Source: Methanothrix sp.
GTDB taxonomy: Archaea; Halobacteriota; Methanosarcinia; Methanotrichales; Methanotrichaceae
Direction of reading: 5' to 3'
Assembly: GCA_963682135.1 (NCBI GenBank)
Contig: OY821645.1
Coordinates: forward strand, 704,001-768,000
Length of the DNA stretch: 64,000 nucleotides
Part shown: piece after piece, positions 61,580-64,000 of the stretch
How positions within the stretch are numbered: the first letter of the stretch is position 1
How the letters are laid out: each line of letters starts with the position of its first letter
Made by a program: the position numbers and the translations under genes
The notes under the pieces: model-generated
What the model was told of the DNA's origin: nothing
What the model saw: only the letters and a program-made list of their open reading frames with translations
Database searches by the model: none

Positions 61580-62149
61580 GTGGCGGGAAAAGTCCATTTA
61601 TCTGAAAAGAGAAACGACCCACTCATGATTGAACTGTCCAGCGACCCTTATGTTCTGAAGCCCAGGAATACGCCTTTGACGGAAGCTGACTTTCGGCTTC
61701 ATCTTAATATAAGCTGGTGTCGCGGCGTCCTCTTCAATGTAGTGGCGCTAAAGAACGCTATCGCCGTGGTGGAGTATGACGCCCTGCTCTGGTCCGATGA
61801 TTCCATCATGTTTGTGGAGTACAAGGATTCAGTTGCAGCCTACAAAGATCTCTCTTCTCGAAGAGTGCAACAGATGAACAGCTTCGCCAAGAATATTTCC
61901 CGGGGACTGGGCTACAAAAGTTTTGCATTCATAGTAGTTGTAAAGGGGCTGGAAGAAGGAACAAACAAAGGTGGTGTAGAGGTCATGCCGCTCTTTGAAT
62001 TAGGGAGCTATCAGCCCATCTTTGTCTCGTCCATCACCGAACTGGAATATCTGAACAAGATGATCGCAAAATATACTCGCGAGGGTAAAGATGATTTTGT
62101 AAAAGAGCTGGATAAGCTCAAGAAGATCTTTGAGATGGAGCAGGCCTAA
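61580..62149 (+). CDS. Hypothetical protein with PD-(D/E)xK-like motif
   Basis: EYDALLWSDDSIMFVEYK...Q; start may be ATG at 61625. Confidence 0.6.
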   Translation: MAGKVHLSEKRNDPLMIELSSDPYVLKPRNTPLTEADFRLHLNISWCRGVLFNVVALKNAIAVVEYDALLWSDDSIMFVEYKDSVAAYKDLSSRRVQQMNSFAKNISRGLGYKSFAFIVVVKGLEEGTNKGGVEVMPLFELGSYQPIFVSSITELEYLNKMIAKYTREGKDDFVKELDKLKKIFEMEQA

Positions 62150-62170
62150 AGGAAATCGCCTGAGATATTC

Positions 62171-63019
62171 ATGAGAGGATACGCATGGGCAAACGGCGCT
62201 GCCACAATTCTCAATGCAGTGGCCACCTGGAAGGGAGCGGCCTTCGGAATCGAGCTTAAGATGCGAGCGGAAGTGGAGCTGAACAATTCCGGCGACATCT
62301 TGGGAGACGTACCTGGGGTGGACACCCGCCTCATCGAGACCTGTGTGCGCATGGTGCAAGAGCGACTGGGCTATAGCTACGGAGCAGTAGTGCGAACCTA
62401 CAGCGAAATTCCTGTGGCCGGCGGCCTGAAGAGCAGCAGTACCGCTGCCAACGCCACCATCCTGGCAACCCTGGATGCTCTGCAAGAAGATCTGGACCTT
62501 GTAGAAGCGGCCAAGATAGGCGTGGCCGCCGCACGGGAGGTGGGAGTGACCATTACCGGTGCTCTGGACGATGCATTGGCTTCAATGCTGGGCGGAGTTG
62601 TGGTTACCGACAATCGCCAGATGGCGTTGCTCAAGCGAGAGGAGTTCTCGTGCTATGTAATGCTCCTCATTCCTGATCGAAAGCTCTTCTCCAGTGACAC
62701 CAATACCTCCCGTTCCCAGCTCATTGCGCCAGTCGCGGATGTAGTCTATGAGCTGGCTATGCGCGGCGATTATGCCCGGGCCATGACACTGAACGGCCTG
62801 GCATATTGCGCCGCGTTGGGACTGCCAACCGAGCCGATGCTCCTGGCGCTGGAGGCAGGTAGCAAAGGGGTTAGCCTCTCAGGAACAGGACCCTCTTATG
62901 CGGCAATTATCGATGAAGATAAGATGGACGCTCTTGAATCTGCCTGGAGACCGCTGGGCGGAAGAGTGATAAGAACGAAAGCTAATAATAAGTGCGCATC
63001 CAAAGGGCGGGGAATTTGA
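62171..63019 (+). CDS. aroK: Archaeal (GHMP) shikimate kinase
   Basis: ATILNAVATWKGAAFGI, IPVAGGLKSSS, TGALDDA, LSGTGPS. Confidence 0.93.
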   Translation: MRGYAWANGAATILNAVATWKGAAFGIELKMRAEVELNNSGDILGDVPGVDTRLIETCVRMVQERLGYSYGAVVRTYSEIPVAGGLKSSSTAANATILATLDALQEDLDLVEAAKIGVAAAREVGVTITGALDDALASMLGGVVVTDNRQMALLKREEFSCYVMLLIPDRKLFSSDTNTSRSQLIAPVADVVYELAMRGDYARAMTLNGLAYCAALGLPTEPMLLALEAGSKGVSLSGTGPSYAAIIDEDKMDALESAWRPLGGRVIRTKANNKCASKGRGI

Positions 63020-63300
63020 TGGGGCTACAAGAGCATCGCAGCGAAATAGAGAGAATAGACGAGCAGATAATAAAGCTCATCTATCGACGCATAGGCATCT
63101 CGAAAAAAATATTTGAGTCCAAGAGGGCGGAAGGAAAGCCGATCAGCGATCCGGAACGCGAAAAGAAGGTTCTATCTCAGGCCATGGACCTGGCAACGGA
63201 ACTGAATCTGGACACAGGAGCCGTCAAGAACATATTCGAGACGCTGATTACGATGAGCGTTAATAAGCAGCACGAACTGCAGGGAAAGAATCAAGGATAA
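63019..63300 (+). CDS. Chorismate mutase (AroQ class)
   Basis: [16 protein letters not shown]...K...I.DPERE; TGATG overlap with aroK. Confidence 0.88.
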   Translation: MGLQEHRSEIERIDEQIIKLIYRRIGISKKIFESKRAEGKPISDPEREKKVLSQAMDLATELNLDTGAVKNIFETLITMSVNKQHELQGKNQG

Positions 63301-63317
63301 TAGAAGGATTTACATCG

Positions 63318-63707
63318 ATGGTCGATATTGCGATAATTTCCGGGTCCAAATCAGATCAGGCAATTGTAGATAAGGTCGTTGCCAGACTTGAGGATCAGGG
63401 AGCGTCATTTGAGCATAAAGTTCTCTCTGCACATCGAAGTCCTCGGGAACTGGAAGATTACATCTCCCAGACGGATGCTCGCGTCTTTATCGGCATTGCC
63501 GGCCTTTCCGCGGCGCTGCCCGGCGTTATCGCCTCAAAGACGAAGCGCCCGGTCATTGGAGTGCCTGTAAGTGCGAAACTGGGCGGCCTGGATGCACTTT
63601 TATCAATTGTTCAAATGCCGCCAGGTGTTCCAGTGGCCTGCGTCGGTATCGATAATGGAGAAAATGCGGCGCTATTAGCCCTTAGAATTCTTCAGTCGGG
63701 AAGATAG
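63318..63707 (+). CDS. purE: N5-CAIR mutase / AIR carboxylase
   Basis: [35 protein letters not shown]. Confidence 0.93.
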   Translation: MVDIAIISGSKSDQAIVDKVVARLEDQGASFEHKVLSAHRSPRELEDYISQTDARVFIGIAGLSAALPGVIASKTKRPVIGVPVSAKLGGLDALLSIVQMPPGVPVACVGIDNGENAALLALRILQSGR

Positions 63708-63754
63708 CTATTTATACAATGTCAGTGAGATAAACGCACCAAAGGTGGGATAGG

Positions 63755-64000
63755 ATGTACAAGCGGATATTGATTGCCACGGATGGCTCAGATAAATCTA
63801 TGACAGCCGCTGAGGAGGGCATGGAGCTCGCTAAGGCACTCGGCGCACAAGTCACAGCACTCTACGTTGTAAATGAGGTCGTTATTGCCAGTGCTGTAAG
63901 ACAGCTTGGAGCCGAAAGAAAGGATGTTGAGGGCAAGCTGGAGGCGGCAGGCAGAAAAGCAGTTGATGCCCTCAAGGCAATGGGCGCCAAAGCTGGCGTC
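63755..64000 (+). CDS. Universal stress protein, runs off window end
   Basis: MYKRILIATDGSDKSMTAAEEGMELAKALGAQVTALYVV. Confidence 0.9.
   Translation, partial: MYKRILIATDGSDKSMTAAEEGMELAKALGAQVTALYVVNEVVIASAVRQLGAERKDVEGKLEAAGRKAVDALKAMGAKAGV

Overview
Archaeal methanogen DNA, most likely Methanothrix/Methanotrichaceae. This is inferred from atwA, mer, an fpoO-like gene, methanogenesis marker 8, DUF1699/DUF2098/DUF2117 genes and a GHMP-type aroK. The window is mostly housekeeping genes with accessory patches. The standout is a three-gene minus-strand operon at 1270-7477. It encodes an effector (helical BELL-like N-terminus, two different G/Q/N-rich amyloid-like motifs, CHAT protease) and two NB-ARC/TPR (NLR-like) receptors. 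Each receptor begins with a copy of one of the effector's two motifs and carries a shuffled 120-bp TPR array. Other accessory items are tandem hybrid histidine kinases, a decayed IS481 element, a 1.6k-aa membrane TPR protein and an AT-rich SGNH+MBOAT acylation pair. There is also a decaying island (cyclase pseudogene, SIR2-like gene, orphan antitoxins, EEP nuclease) and a protein-less IS200/IS605 (TnpB) right-end/omegaRNA-like element. Four real genes are missing from the ORF track: atwA (partial), fpoO-like, a Zn-ribbon protein and a Usp-family gene (partial). I saw no rRNA, tRNA or CRISPR array. All family assignments come from motif recognition, not database searches.
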